53,428 nucleotides of DNA from a virus (lineage: Duplodnaviria; Caudoviricetes). The stretch is from positions 1-53,428 of IMG/VR virus record IMGVR_UViG_3300013285_000002; one strand, given 5' to 3'. Positions 26,901-35,587 of this stretch are shown one piece after another. Each line of letters starts with the position of its first letter. Position 1 is the stretch's first letter. Both the position numbers and the translations under genes were made by a program. The notes under the pieces are model-generated. The model did not search any database. It was not told where the DNA came from and worked only from the letters and a program-made list of their open reading frames with translations.

Positions 26901-29900
26901 AAAACGGTTGGCGATACTGGAATGAGCAAGGCTTCTGTAGAGAAGATCACATCCTTGGTCACTGCGAAATGGGAGAACCTTCCTCCAATCGTTGTTGTTG
27001 CAACAGAGGATGACCTTCCAATCAAGGCGCTGTCACAGATCAAGAAGAAGGACTCTTCAGGTCTTGTCCCCGGTATGTACTACAACGGCAAGGTCTATCT
27101 GATTGCTGGCAACATCCATGATGCCAATGATGCCGTCATCACGATTGCCCATGAGGTAACTGGACACTTTGGCCTTCGGTCTATTTTTGGCGAGGGTCAT
27201 GCCGAGAAGATGCTTGAGCTTTACAAGGGCAATAAGGCAATCCGCACGGCTGCCGACGCAATGATGGTCAAAGAGGGGCTGAGCAAAGTCATCGCAATTG
27301 AAGAGGCTTTGGCTGACATGGCTGAGCGCGATCCATCAACCCTCAAGGCCGATGAGAAAACTGCACTGACAAAACTGTATGAGGCTATTCGCAAGTGGCT
27401 GCTTGATACGCTCAACATCTCCAATGTTTCAGATCAGGAGATTGAACAGATCGTTGCAAATGCTCGTGCATATGTCATCGAAGGCAAGGGCACTGAAGGC
27501 AAAGGTGGTGTCGCTGGTGCTGCACAGTCTGTCAAGAATGAAGCAACTCTGCGCACTAATGGAACTCCGACTTTCTACTCCGCACTTGAGCGCAGCACGC
27601 GCATGGCAAAGCAAGAGTCTGCACCAGCTAAAGACTGGATTGCCATCATCTCAAAACTTCCGGGTGTGAAGAGTGAAGAGGTTGAGTGGACTGGTGTTAA
27701 CGAATGGCTTAGTGAACAGACCGGAAAGGTGACAAAGACTCAGGTCTTAGATTACATCGGCAATAACAAGATGCGTCTGTACGACCATATCTTGATCGAC
27801 ATGAGTAGCACTCCGACGCACGAGGACATGAGGGCTAAGCTGTTCGAGTTGATTGACTTGGGTGATTTGGATGAATCATCTGATCCAACCTACTTGAGCA
27901 ATGATGAACTGCAAGATGCGATTGCAACCAGTCTTGGACTGGGTAATTTTGTTCGTCAGTTCAAGGCAGACCAACGCAAATTAAAAGCACGTCATGGCGA
28001 TCTTGGGCATAACCTTGTACTTCCAAACGGTCGCGGCTATGTTGAGTTGACCGTCTCTGATCCGGGTGCTATTGAGTACAAGAAAAAAGATGAGGTTCAC
28101 TTCGGTGATGTGACTCATGGAAAAACAATTGGCTGGCTGCGCATGAACATCAGAGATGATGTCAACGGCAATCCAGTTCTGTTCCTCGAAGAGATTCAAA
28201 GTCAGCGTGCAAATGATGGACGTAAGGGTGGATTCGGTGCTGATGGTGCTGTTCCAGACGGCCCATTTATCAAGAGCACAGATGCGTGGACTTCGCTCCT
28301 ACTGAAAAGGGCAATCGCTTACGCACAAGAAAATGGAATTGACAGAATCTCTTGGACTAATGGCGAACAACAGAGCGAGCGATACGCACAAGACCCTGAT
28401 GAAAAAGGTCTTGCATATTACTACGATACAAAGCTCCCATCTGTTGCCAAAGAGTTGCTTCGCAAGCTAGGCTCCGGTGGATCAATCGAGCAGATGAAAT
28501 TCAAGGGAATGGTTCGCGGCCAAGAGTACGGCCTGCCAAGTGACTCCGAGTTTCAGGCCAATAAAAAATCTGGCGAAACTGTTGTTAGTTATGTCGCAAG
28601 AAAGAACGAAGAGGCTCCAAGCAAGGAGACAACGCACTCTGGCTTTGTGATTACCGAGAAGCTTCAGCAACTTGTCTCCGAAGATGGGATGCCAACGTTC
28701 CGCTTGCGTGACTATGAAGAACAGTTCGCTGACCTTCCTGCCAACGTTCGAGCTATGGCTGTTACAAAGGGTCACCGTAGTCCACCTAAGATCATGGATC
28801 GTCTGAAAGCTTTGCAGCCAAACCTTGCACGCCGGATCGTGCAGGGTACATTCGACAAGTTCCATGCCATCAAAGACATCGGTGACAAGTTCTACATCAT
28901 GGCTCGTATGTCCAACGGCCCACAAGAGGGTGGTCTGTCTGTTCTTGTTCATCACGGTCAGGTCTTCAATGACGGTGGTGCTTTGAATATCAAGAAGGGT
29001 ACGAAGGGTCTAGTTGATGTACTTAAAGAAGTTGGGCCAGAGGTTGATCGCTACCTCATGTGGGTCGCTGCTAACCGTGCTGGTGAACTCAAGAAAGATG
29101 AGCGCGAAAACTTCTTTACCCAAGAAGAGATTGACACTCTAAAAAAGCTAAACCTTGGAACAATGAAGGATGGCAAGTCTCGTGTTGCCACTTACATTAA
29201 GACTCTTCAAGGAATGAACGAACTGAACAAATCTGTTCTGGATGTTGCTAAGGGTGCTGGCCTCATTGATGATGCTGCCTACAAGAAGTTTTCCAACGAT
29301 GTCTGGTACGTTCCGTTCTATCGACAGATGGAGGATGATAAGTCTTTGTCCGGTGCGCAGACATCCTCCGGCCACGTCAATCAGTATCTGTCCAAGAAGC
29401 TGAAGGGTAGCTCACGCGGCGTCAACGACTTGATGGAGAACGTGCTTAACAACTGGTCACACATTCTGTCAGCCAGCATGAAAAACAATTCTGCTGTCGA
29501 GACTCTTGGTGCTGCCGAGAAGATGGGTGGGATTGTTAGCAGGCTCACCAAGATCGACGACAAGTTCGGGCGCGACACTGCCGGTAATGTTATTCCTCTG
29601 AAGTACACAGTCAAGGTTATGGAGGCTGGTAAGCCTATTCACTACGAGGTACATGATGAGTTCCTGTTGACTTCACTGGACTCGATTGCATCAATGGGTA
29701 GCAGCAACTGGGCACTCGATATTGCAGGTCAGTTCAAGACTACGCTGACACGCTTTGTCTCGCTTAGCCCAACCTTCAAGATCAACAACTTGATCCGCGA
29801 CTCTGTTCAATCGTTGGCACTTTCTGATAATGGCAATAGTCCTTGGGCAAATGCCAAGGGAGGATATGACGCATACCATAAGGATAAGGGTAGCGCTCTT

Positions 29901-31340
29901 GCCGGTGGTGGCCTGACTGTTATGGGCAATGCCTTCGACGGCGATCAGGCTAGCAACATCAAACGTATCCTGAAATCTGGTGTGAAATCTTCTAATGTTC
30001 TTGATACTACAAGCAAGGCTAAAGAGTGGTTTGGAAAATTCCAAGACAAGTACGATGACATCAGCGATGGTATGGAGAATGCAAACAGAATCTCCCTATA
30101 CAACCGGATCATTGCAAAGGGTGGCTCCCATCTTGAGGCTTCATTTCAAGCACGCGATCTGCAAGACTTCTCACTGCAAGGTAGCTGGGATGCAATCCGC
30201 TATGCAAGCAAGGTTCTTCCTTACTTCAATGCTCGGATGCAAGGTCTGTACAAGATTGGCCGTGATGGTCTGAGTCCTGTTCAATCTGTTCTGTTTGGCA
30301 AGGCAACAGATGGTGAGCGCAAGAAGGCCACCAAGTTTGCCGTAGTCCTTGGTGCAATCACGATGGTTGAGCTTGCTCTGTACCTTGCACAGATGGATGA
30401 CGAAGATTGGAAGAAGCGGGAAGAGTGGGACAAAGATTCCTTCTACTGGTTCAAACTTCCCGGTACTGAGAACGCTGTTCGCATCCCAAAGCCTTTTGAA
30501 CTTGGCGCAATTGGAACGGCTATTGGCCGAGTGACTGAACAGATCATTGATCCAGAAGTGGAGGGCAAGTTGTTCCGTCAACGGATGACGGCTCTGTTGC
30601 ATGACAACTTTGCGATCAACCCAATCCCACAAATCATTCGTCCGGTATGGGACTTGGCTGCAAACAAGGATGGGTTCACTGGACGCGATATTGAGTCAAT
30701 GGGTATGGAGCACATGTCTAAGACAAACCGAGTCAACCCCGGTACGTCTGCAATGTCTGTTGGCCTGAATAAGATCAATGACTTCTTTGCACAAGGTGTT
30801 TCGGCTGTGACTGGTGTAGATGCAAACAACCTACAACTTTCACCAATTCAGATCGACTACGCTGTACGCGGCTACTTGGGTTGGGTTGGCTCTGTGATGC
30901 AGTCAACCAGTACCTTGGCTGTGTCTCCATTAAAAGCTGGAGAGAGTGCAGACATGAAGATTGATGACTACCCTATCATCGGTACGTACCTCAAGTCTCT
31001 GCCTCCGTCGCAGTCAAAGTACATCACTGCCTTCTATGACCACTCCAAGGAGGTCACTACGGCTGTTGCTGATTACAAGATGTTGTCAGATGCTCATCGA
31101 GCAGATGAGGCTTTCAAGTTTGCTGAAGAGAACGGTGACAAGCTTCAGTTGGCAAAGATTTACTCATCGACTACCGCCGCACTGTCTAAGGTTTCTGGCC
31201 GGATCAAGATGGTTCAGGCTGCCGAGGACTGGACTGGTGCTGAGAAGCGAACAGAGATTGACAGACTGAATGCCATGAGGACTAGCCTAGCCAAGCGTGC
31301 AGAAGATATGCGCATGGCTCGTGCGCATAGATCAGACTAG
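23907..31340 (+). CDS. Giant polyvalent internal virion protein (zincin-like HEVTGH module, LPD38-like C-terminus)
   Basis: 2477 aa; hydrophobic Gly/Ala N-terminal region, GMYYNGKVYL...AHEVTGHFG, LFLEEIQS, C-terminal RIPKPFELG. Confidence 0.8.
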   Translation: MASGLNDLGSDDFLDQGDSSPDIFKTFAEANQQVNTRASELRLGRPVADKPPEQFAMNDAKPFTYTPLFNDLAPTKEAQTKAPVSDGGFAYTPLFSDLEPKKAESNPFMHGLKSGGIDSAKESAVGGAALIAHTVGAKDTADKLFTNLQGMQKESEANSKEYESFSNVTSGKASFGDFFGHWAGYAVGQAAQTVAVAAAGAAVGSVIPGAGTAAGAIGGVFERGVAQEGIKKLVASKMEGMVAKNIAENTAKGMALAEAETLAYQQSAKTVFREIGVAAAVTGQNVMMEGSSIYSDARGDAEKRGEEVNLGRVWTGTILAAATESAMDFVGLKGIQKAAGGGNVFKNIAVESFKGGLREGSTEAVQTGFERFGAGRDLASSEAIHDYIDSAAAGAVGGVMFGSAKGTMKSMRGEQDTNEKMTVEQARATVVQQLDSDEGRRTLYDSMMEDPRVAAALKLSGIESHEDPRFDKVVMRSIKTSQALEGLDVPTAEEISQKTKDRKADSQAAFGDTASTATGVGTGANEPVIRRDSVTPNLETKTLDGEAKPATLTTDGSAIAMSGEDMVSRQGGWEPVPLQAEGKAINNSFVSPQLAETFMYGTKDPATGKRSGGYAESATDTEFQIRKAKRSKEAGGGNFYFVEGRAKSSASTTDLKNTNTAGFTPESSTQVQAQVDAVKDGRKVAAITGEQESKSVNSDGLTTAIVKDPETGLSSAVYSKDKGVGKKVQKRIGEVGLKQSMGEVLGYVEPGATTNPDVSSVVVRQTDNTSGEVIQEQVVTPANVSKIPAIKGTKNEVVTVAKAQADRKQKSEQVTEQVKQTKPVKQTVEQNLKDKETERKKAKAEKEVSDAKSVQADPTPTKDEVAKSTPPEKPAAKADKAVEPTKQAAPVKDAKVVEKKEAAPKVSKSAVREGAIESWEDNDDGKAAHTPFEKLSKENQDAWLAAYSPDDGEASYSTALYHDELVQRDLRAARVERSNKRVADARASDEDLNATFRVKTVGDTGMSKASVEKITSLVTAKWENLPPIVVVATEDDLPIKALSQIKKKDSSGLVPGMYYNGKVYLIAGNIHDANDAVITIAHEVTGHFGLRSIFGEGHAEKMLELYKGNKAIRTAADAMMVKEGLSKVIAIEEALADMAERDPSTLKADEKTALTKLYEAIRKWLLDTLNISNVSDQEIEQIVANARAYVIEGKGTEGKGGVAGAAQSVKNEATLRTNGTPTFYSALERSTRMAKQESAPAKDWIAIISKLPGVKSEEVEWTGVNEWLSEQTGKVTKTQVLDYIGNNKMRLYDHILIDMSSTPTHEDMRAKLFELIDLGDLDESSDPTYLSNDELQDAIATSLGLGNFVRQFKADQRKLKARHGDLGHNLVLPNGRGYVELTVSDPGAIEYKKKDEVHFGDVTHGKTIGWLRMNIRDDVNGNPVLFLEEIQSQRANDGRKGGFGADGAVPDGPFIKSTDAWTSLLLKRAIAYAQENGIDRISWTNGEQQSERYAQDPDEKGLAYYYDTKLPSVAKELLRKLGSGGSIEQMKFKGMVRGQEYGLPSDSEFQANKKSGETVVSYVARKNEEAPSKETTHSGFVITEKLQQLVSEDGMPTFRLRDYEEQFADLPANVRAMAVTKGHRSPPKIMDRLKALQPNLARRIVQGTFDKFHAIKDIGDKFYIMARMSNGPQEGGLSVLVHHGQVFNDGGALNIKKGTKGLVDVLKEVGPEVDRYLMWVAANRAGELKKDERENFFTQEEIDTLKKLNLGTMKDGKSRVATYIKTLQGMNELNKSVLDVAKGAGLIDDAAYKKFSNDVWYVPFYRQMEDDKSLSGAQTSSGHVNQYLSKKLKGSSRGVNDLMENVLNNWSHILSASMKNNSAVETLGAAEKMGGIVSRLTKIDDKFGRDTAGNVIPLKYTVKVMEAGKPIHYEVHDEFLLTSLDSIASMGSSNWALDIAGQFKTTLTRFVSLSPTFKINNLIRDSVQSLALSDNGNSPWANAKGGYDAYHKDKGSALAGGGLTVMGNAFDGDQASNIKRILKSGVKSSNVLDTTSKAKEWFGKFQDKYDDISDGMENANRISLYNRIIAKGGSHLEASFQARDLQDFSLQGSWDAIRYASKVLPYFNARMQGLYKIGRDGLSPVQSVLFGKATDGERKKATKFAVVLGAITMVELALYLAQMDDEDWKKREEWDKDSFYWFKLPGTENAVRIPKPFELGAIGTAIGRVTEQIIDPEVEGKLFRQRMTALLHDNFAINPIPQIIRPVWDLAANKDGFTGRDIESMGMEHMSKTNRVNPGTSAMSVGLNKINDFFAQGVSAVTGVDANNLQLSPIQIDYAVRGYLGWVGSVMQSTSTLAVSPLKAGESADMKIDDYPIIGTYLKSLPPSQSKYITAFYDHSKEVTTAVADYKMLSDAHRADEAFKFAEENGDKLQLAKIYSSTTAALSKVSGRIKMVQAAEDWTGAEKRTEIDRLNAMRTSLAKRAEDMRMARAHRSD

Positions 31341-31813
31341 GCGGCGAGGGCAACCTTCACAAAGTTGCCCTTTGCTAACTGATCCCCAACACTGCGAATG
31401 GCAATGTCCATCTCTCGGATTGGGGTCAGCGCTATCTGTTCGTCATGGATAGCAAGGGCATTGTTAATGGCCTTCATATCCTCCGAGCGCATGGTCATCT
31501 TGCCGGTACTTTTGAGTTGGTCGCGTAGCATGACCATTGCACCTTGGGAATCGACTATCTCGCCTATCAGGTCTTGTCCGTAGCCCATCTCGCAGAGAGT
31601 GACTGCAAGGTTCAAGACATTGGCTAGCTCCTGCCAGTCTTGATAAACCCCTGTGCCTTGAGTCATCCGAAGCATTGCCATGTGGTAGCTGATCTTCAGC
31701 TTAATCTGTGCGCTCTCAGGGGCTGGCTTGCTGCCACGTAGGACAAATGCCAATGGGTCTTTGATGACCGAACGTGGCTGGTACTTCTTTTTGGGCTTTT
31801 TGTTCTGTGCCAT
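31337..31813 (-). CDS. Hypothetical protein
   Basis: 158-aa ORF convergent with the giant gene; basic N-terminus. Confidence 0.7.
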   Translation of the reverse strand: MAQNKKPKKKYQPRSVIKDPLAFVLRGSKPAPESAQIKLKISYHMAMLRMTQGTGVYQDWQELANVLNLAVTLCEMGYGQDLIGEIVDSQGAMVMLRDQLKSTGKMTMRSEDMKAINNALAIHDEQIALTPIREMDIAIRSVGDQLAKGNFVKVALAA

Positions 31814-31863
31814 TGTGGTGTTGTGAGTTAATTTACGTACCCTTGCCAGTTTAATTTCGAGGT

Positions 31864-32340
31864 AAAACTGGTGAAGACTGATGAAAACTGGTGAGGATTG
31901 GAGTGTGCCTAATTTGTGTCCAAACTTTTATAGCGGCTTGTAGTTATATGTGTTTTAAGCACGCTTTTGGGCACAAGAAGATCGGGCAGATCGTGCGCTC
32001 AAGTTACTGATTTCTCAGGGATTTTTACTTCTTGTACTGCTGCATATGTGTGACTTGAAATCTGGTGTCAGTGCTTGTAAACAAAGGGCTAGCGGGGCGG
32101 TGTGTACGAATCTGTGTTTTACCCCAAAAGCGCTACAATTTACAGTCTTGCACTGGGTGTTTTGCAGGTAAGGAAGAGTGGCAGAGTGGTCGATTGCAAT
32201 AGTCTTGAAAACTATCGAAGGGTTAAACCTTCCGTGAGTTCGAATCTCACCTCTTCCGCCAAACTTGCATCTCATCCTACCAACCGTAGATGCTGACCAG
32301 CTTCAGTCTGCTGTCCACGTTGTCCCAATACCTGACCCAT
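31864..32340. promoter_or_regulatory. Putative attP region (10-bp tandem repeats, arm-type sites, IHF-like site)
   Basis: Four 10-bp units at 31864-31903; TGTGCCTAAT/TGTGTCCAAA and an inverted TTTGGGCACA; CAAGTTACTGATT at 32000-32012; adjacent to the integrase 3' end. Confidence 0.6.
32172..32261 (+). tRNA. tRNA-Ser (anticodon TGA), complete with encoded CCA
   Basis: Acceptor stem GGAAGAG/CTCTTCC + G + CCA; anticodon arm ATAGT-CTTGAAA-ACTAT; long variable arm; GTTCGAATC T-loop. Confidence 0.95.
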
Positions 32341-33339
32341 CTTTTCATCCACAATTTCCGCATGGCTACGCACAGATTCAGTCGAGTGGTGTGCGTATTT
32401 GCGCACCATGCTCGGTGTTTCCCATGCACCCAATGCCATGAGCGCATTGTCTGGGACTCCGGCTTGCGCGAGAGTTGAGGCCCATGTGTGACGCATGTCA
32501 TGCCAACGGAAATTCTCAATGCCTGCCTTCTCTTTGGCTGCCTTCCACGTATCACTGCTGATGCACTTTCTAGGTCGCCCTTGGTAAGTGAACACCGATA
32601 CCTGATGCTTGCCAACCTGTCGCCGTAGGATGTCAACCGCAGCTTGAGGGAGGGGTATCCCAAACTCTTGCCCGTTCTTCATCTTGTCAGCGCCAATCAC
32701 AATAATGCGATTGACTAAATCCACTTCACTCCAATTGAGCTTGATGACGTTGGCTTGCCGAAGACCTGTTGCAAAGGAGAATGCCGCCATGTCTTGCATG
32801 TGGTGAGGCAGTGCTTCTAGCAATCGGGAAATCTCGTCGGGCTTTAAGAAGCGAACCCGACACTTCGGTTCCTTGTTCATGAAGAACGTGGGTGCAGTTT
32901 CAATCAACTGGTACTTCCGATGAGCCATCCTCATGACCGCACGCAGCACTGCCAAATATCTGTTCAGTGTTGCGCCAGAGAGTGAGCCATCATCCTTCGT
33001 TTTGATTGTCTTTAGAACAAGGTCTTGTGTAATCTGGCGAACCATCTTTGACTTGAACTCATCCTTCCACCAATCGAGCAACAGTTCATATCCGGCAATC
33101 GTGTCTGCTTTTAAATCCTTGCTCTTCTCTGTTAAGAACAAGTCAGCCACTTCAGAAAAAGGCTTGTCTTGCTTGACGCCCAATCGGGCTTCTGACCATA
33201 GACCGGCCTTCATCTTGTCTTGATACTCTGTTGCTAACTTCTTGTTCTCTGTGCCAGTAGATTCACGGCATAGAGTACCGTCAGGTCTGGTGAACTTCAT
33301 GTGCCAGATGGGTGACGTACCTCGTTTATATAGCGACAT
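32272..33339 (-). CDS. int: Tyrosine integrase
   Basis: TGLR, HDMRHTWAS, LGAW, KYAH catalytic motifs; N-terminal arm-binding region. Confidence 0.95.
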   Translation of the reverse strand: MSLYKRGTSPIWHMKFTRPDGTLCRESTGTENKKLATEYQDKMKAGLWSEARLGVKQDKPFSEVADLFLTEKSKDLKADTIAGYELLLDWWKDEFKSKMVRQITQDLVLKTIKTKDDGSLSGATLNRYLAVLRAVMRMAHRKYQLIETAPTFFMNKEPKCRVRFLKPDEISRLLEALPHHMQDMAAFSFATGLRQANVIKLNWSEVDLVNRIIVIGADKMKNGQEFGIPLPQAAVDILRRQVGKHQVSVFTYQGRPRKCISSDTWKAAKEKAGIENFRWHDMRHTWASTLAQAGVPDNALMALGAWETPSMVRKYAHHSTESVRSHAEIVDEKMGQVLGQRGQQTEAGQHLRLVG

Positions 33340-33360
33340 AGTGGTTCCTTTCGTGATTCA

Positions 33361-33576
33361 CTATTCAGCGCTATCGACCTGCCCGGTCTGAGGAACAGTT
33401 TGCCGTGTCAGAATAAACTTGTCAATGTCGTCACGGAAGGCACGCCAGTGGCCGGTGTCTCCATAACGAAAGACGGGCAGGACGCCAGAAACGGCCCAGC
33501 GACGAACAGTTTCACGGGCAACGCCAAGGATTTTTGCAACCTCTGGCAATGCGATTACTTCACGGGGTATGGTCAT
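33361..33576 (-). CDS. xis: Excisionase (HTH_17)
   Basis: EVAKILGVARETVRRW..SG.LP...HWR; directly upstream of int. Confidence 0.8.
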   Translation of the reverse strand: MTIPREVIALPEVAKILGVARETVRRWAVSGVLPVFRYGDTGHWRAFRDDIDKFILTRQTVPQTGQVDSAE

Positions 33577-33585
33577 ACTACTTCC

Positions 33586-33726
33586 TTAAAAAATAATGCT
33601 AATGAGGTGGCATACGAATGCCAGTGGGACGATGATGAACATCACCACTAGCAACAGAAACATCATGGTTACAGCCATGAAAAAGCCAGCACTCAACATG
33701 AAGTCAAGCCAGCTTAAATGTTTCAT
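33586..33726 (-). CDS. Small hydrophobic membrane protein (46 aa)
   Basis: Manual translation MKHLSWLDFMLSAGFFMAVTMMFLLLVVMFIIVPLAFVCHLISIIF*; TAATG coupling to the upstream gene. Confidence 0.6.
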   Translation of the reverse strand: MKHLSWLDFMLSAGFFMAVTMMFLLLVVMFIIVPLAFVCHLISIIF

Positions 33727-33965
33727 TACGCAGCGACCTTTGCTGGCTCGGTTTTGTCTTCGAACAGATCAATCGTTTCAGCATCAGAGCAGCTTTCAAT
33801 GGTGATGCCCTTACCTAGTGCAGCAACGAGTTCATGCTGACTAGCTACCTTGACGTTAATCAAACTACGGGCCACATGGCTCAATGCTTGGGCGCGGTGC
33901 GCGGCACTTACGAGACGCATCTCAACACCATGACCGACGAGATAAATACGATGATTGGGTTTCAT
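33726..33965 (-). CDS. Hypothetical protein
   Basis: 79 aa, RBS agga, within operon. Confidence 0.7.
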   Translation of the reverse strand: MKPNHRIYLVGHGVEMRLVSAAHRAQALSHVARSLINVKVASQHELVAALGKGITIESCSDAETIDLFEDKTEPAKVAA

Positions 33966-33980
33966 TTTGAATTCCTAAAA

Positions 33981-34181
33981 TTACAGTTGAGATTTTTTGT
34001 ACGGGACAACTTGAAGTTCTCCCTCGATGTAGTAGCCGCATCCCCGAAGGAAGCGCTCCATTACTTTGAGCGTTTGCTCGAATGAGTCTAGCCCCACTCG
34101 AACAGATACGCATTCACCAGTGGATCGAATGTTTGCCATCAACAGAAGGGTGTCCTGTGGCTCTTCGTGTTTGCAGGTCAT
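33981..34181 (-). CDS. Hypothetical protein
   Basis: 66 aa, ERFLRGCGY motif, ATGA coupling. Confidence 0.65.
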   Translation of the reverse strand: MTCKHEEPQDTLLLMANIRSTGECVSVRVGLDSFEQTLKVMERFLRGCGYYIEGELQVVPYKKSQL

Positions 34182-34624
34182 ATGAACTTCTTCAGGTTAG
34201 GGCCAACCCAGCCATCCGGCTTGCCGATCTTGCCACCAGCCAACAGAACGGGCTTGCCATCAACTAGCTTGCGCTCATTCGATGACATCACTTCTTCGTC
34301 AGCACTGACCTTATCGAAGCCAGCAAAGAACGCTACGCCATTGCCGGTCACTTCGGTATCACACAGTGCATCCAGTGCAGCCTCACGCAAGTGGATCGGG
34401 ATATGAATGTCCTGCTCCTTGCGCTTGAGCTTTCCGGCAAACCAATCAAGGTCAATGATGGTGCGCTTGAGCAGTTGGTTGTAGCCATCGCTATCTGTTC
34501 GTAAGGCTCCAAGGAACTCACAGAACTCTTCAATGTGACAGCCAATCTGAACAGACGCATTCTCAGGACTTGGTGTCTTACCGCAAGCAGCTAGCCAGTC
34601 CACAGTGCGCTGGTAGTTGGTCAT
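34178..34624 (-). CDS. MazG-like / all-alpha NTP pyrophosphohydrolase
   Basis: IEEFCEF, ALDALCD, EVMSSN, GKIGKP..W motifs. Confidence 0.75.
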   Translation of the reverse strand: MTNYQRTVDWLAACGKTPSPENASVQIGCHIEEFCEFLGALRTDSDGYNQLLKRTIIDLDWFAGKLKRKEQDIHIPIHLREAALDALCDTEVTGNGVAFFAGFDKVSADEEVMSSNERKLVDGKPVLLAGGKIGKPDGWVGPNLKKFI

Positions 34625-34902
34625 GCTGGTACTCCAATTTTTGTCTCGGTGCGCATCTTCTCTTTGAGCAAGTAGCCTTCGAGTGCCCACAGTTTTTCGT
34701 AAGCATTGTCGTAAGCCATTTCCCTGCCAGTCTCAGCATCAAAGATTGCTGGGTCTACACAAGCAGACTCGCCCGTCACCATGAATCCGTTAATCATTTC
34801 AATCACGCAGATGGTCAGCGTTGTATCTTTGACTTGAATGAAATTCGCCGCCTTGATTCGTGCATCAATGCTTGCTGGCGTTACTTTGTTTTCTGTTGTC
34901 AT
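34621..34902 (-). CDS. Gp49-family phage protein
   Basis: LTICV..M.NGF.VTGESACVDP..FD...G...AY.NA..KLW.LEGYLLK. Confidence 0.8.
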   Translation of the reverse strand: MTTENKVTPASIDARIKAANFIQVKDTTLTICVIEMINGFMVTGESACVDPAIFDAETGREMAYDNAYEKLWALEGYLLKEKMRTETKIGVPA

Positions 34903-34905
34903 CTC

Positions 34906-35253
34906 TTATTCCATTCTGTTAGGCGTGGCTTTCACTACCCGTTGTTTTCTACCCGATGAACCAACTCGTCGCTCGCCCGTGTCGTAGATGTAACCCTTGC
35001 GAATCAGCGGTGCAAAGCGTGGAGTGAAACTGTTACTGCGTACCAATGGCAACGCCTTCTCAATGTCATCTGCCGTGCAACCGTTTTCGCATTTAGCGAT
35101 CACGTCATAAACAATCTGTTCCAACTCTGAGGCAGAGACTGAGGCCGCAGCCTCATGACTCGTATCAGGATCAGTGTTCCTTGCCATAGCTCTAGGAAGA
35201 GTCCCAAAGAGATTTGGGAAAAACCGATCAAGCAGTGTTCTGTTCAAGTTCAT
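34906..35253 (-). CDS. Winged-helix DNA-binding protein
   Basis: ARNTDPDTSHEAA...TPRF..L...G.I.DTG.RR...SGR motif. Confidence 0.7.
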   Translation of the reverse strand: MNLNRTLLDRFFPNLFGTLPRAMARNTDPDTSHEAAASVSASELEQIVYDVIAKCENGCTADDIEKALPLVRSNSFTPRFAPLIRKGYIYDTGERRVGSSGRKQRVVKATPNRME

Positions 35254-35266
35254 GAGGTGCTCCTAA

Positions 35267-35575
35267 TCAAAAAGGAATGTCATCATCCATGTCGTCAAAG
35301 CCGCTGCCTCGTGGGGCTGGGGCTGGTGCTCGTGCTGGTGCTGCTGGTCGTGCGCCGCCACGTGCTGCTGGTGCTGCATCCTTTGGATCAAGGGCTAGCG
35401 AAAAGAACTTCTTACCTTCCATCTTCGAGCCATCTTTGCCAGTACGAATCCAAGCCTTCACCCAATACTCAACACCGGCAACAGTGATGAAGCCTGTGTA
35501 CTCTGGGTCTTTCTTGTCGGGACGCATCCGTTCATTCTTTGCGATCATCCCAGTGTTGTTGTTGTCGTATGCCAT
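35267..35575 (-). CDS. Single-stranded DNA-binding protein-like
   Basis: PEYTG, YWVKAW and FFSL strands; acidic C-terminal tip DDDIPF as in SSBs; next to exonuclease and annealase. Confidence 0.75.
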   Translation of the reverse strand: MAYDNNNTGMIAKNERMRPDKKDPEYTGFITVAGVEYWVKAWIRTGKDGSKMEGKKFFSLALDPKDAAPAARGGARPAAPARAPAPAPRGSGFDDMDDDIPF

Positions 35576-35587
35576 TTGTTTACTACC

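Noticed and set aside
23907-31340. Numerous antisense and alternate-frame ORFs within long structural genes
   Set aside because: Expected shadows of codon bias, with no independent start signals or motifs.
32015-32296. ORFs 32015..32275 (-) and 32102..32296 (+)
   Set aside because: They overlap the tRNA and att region and are shadow translations.
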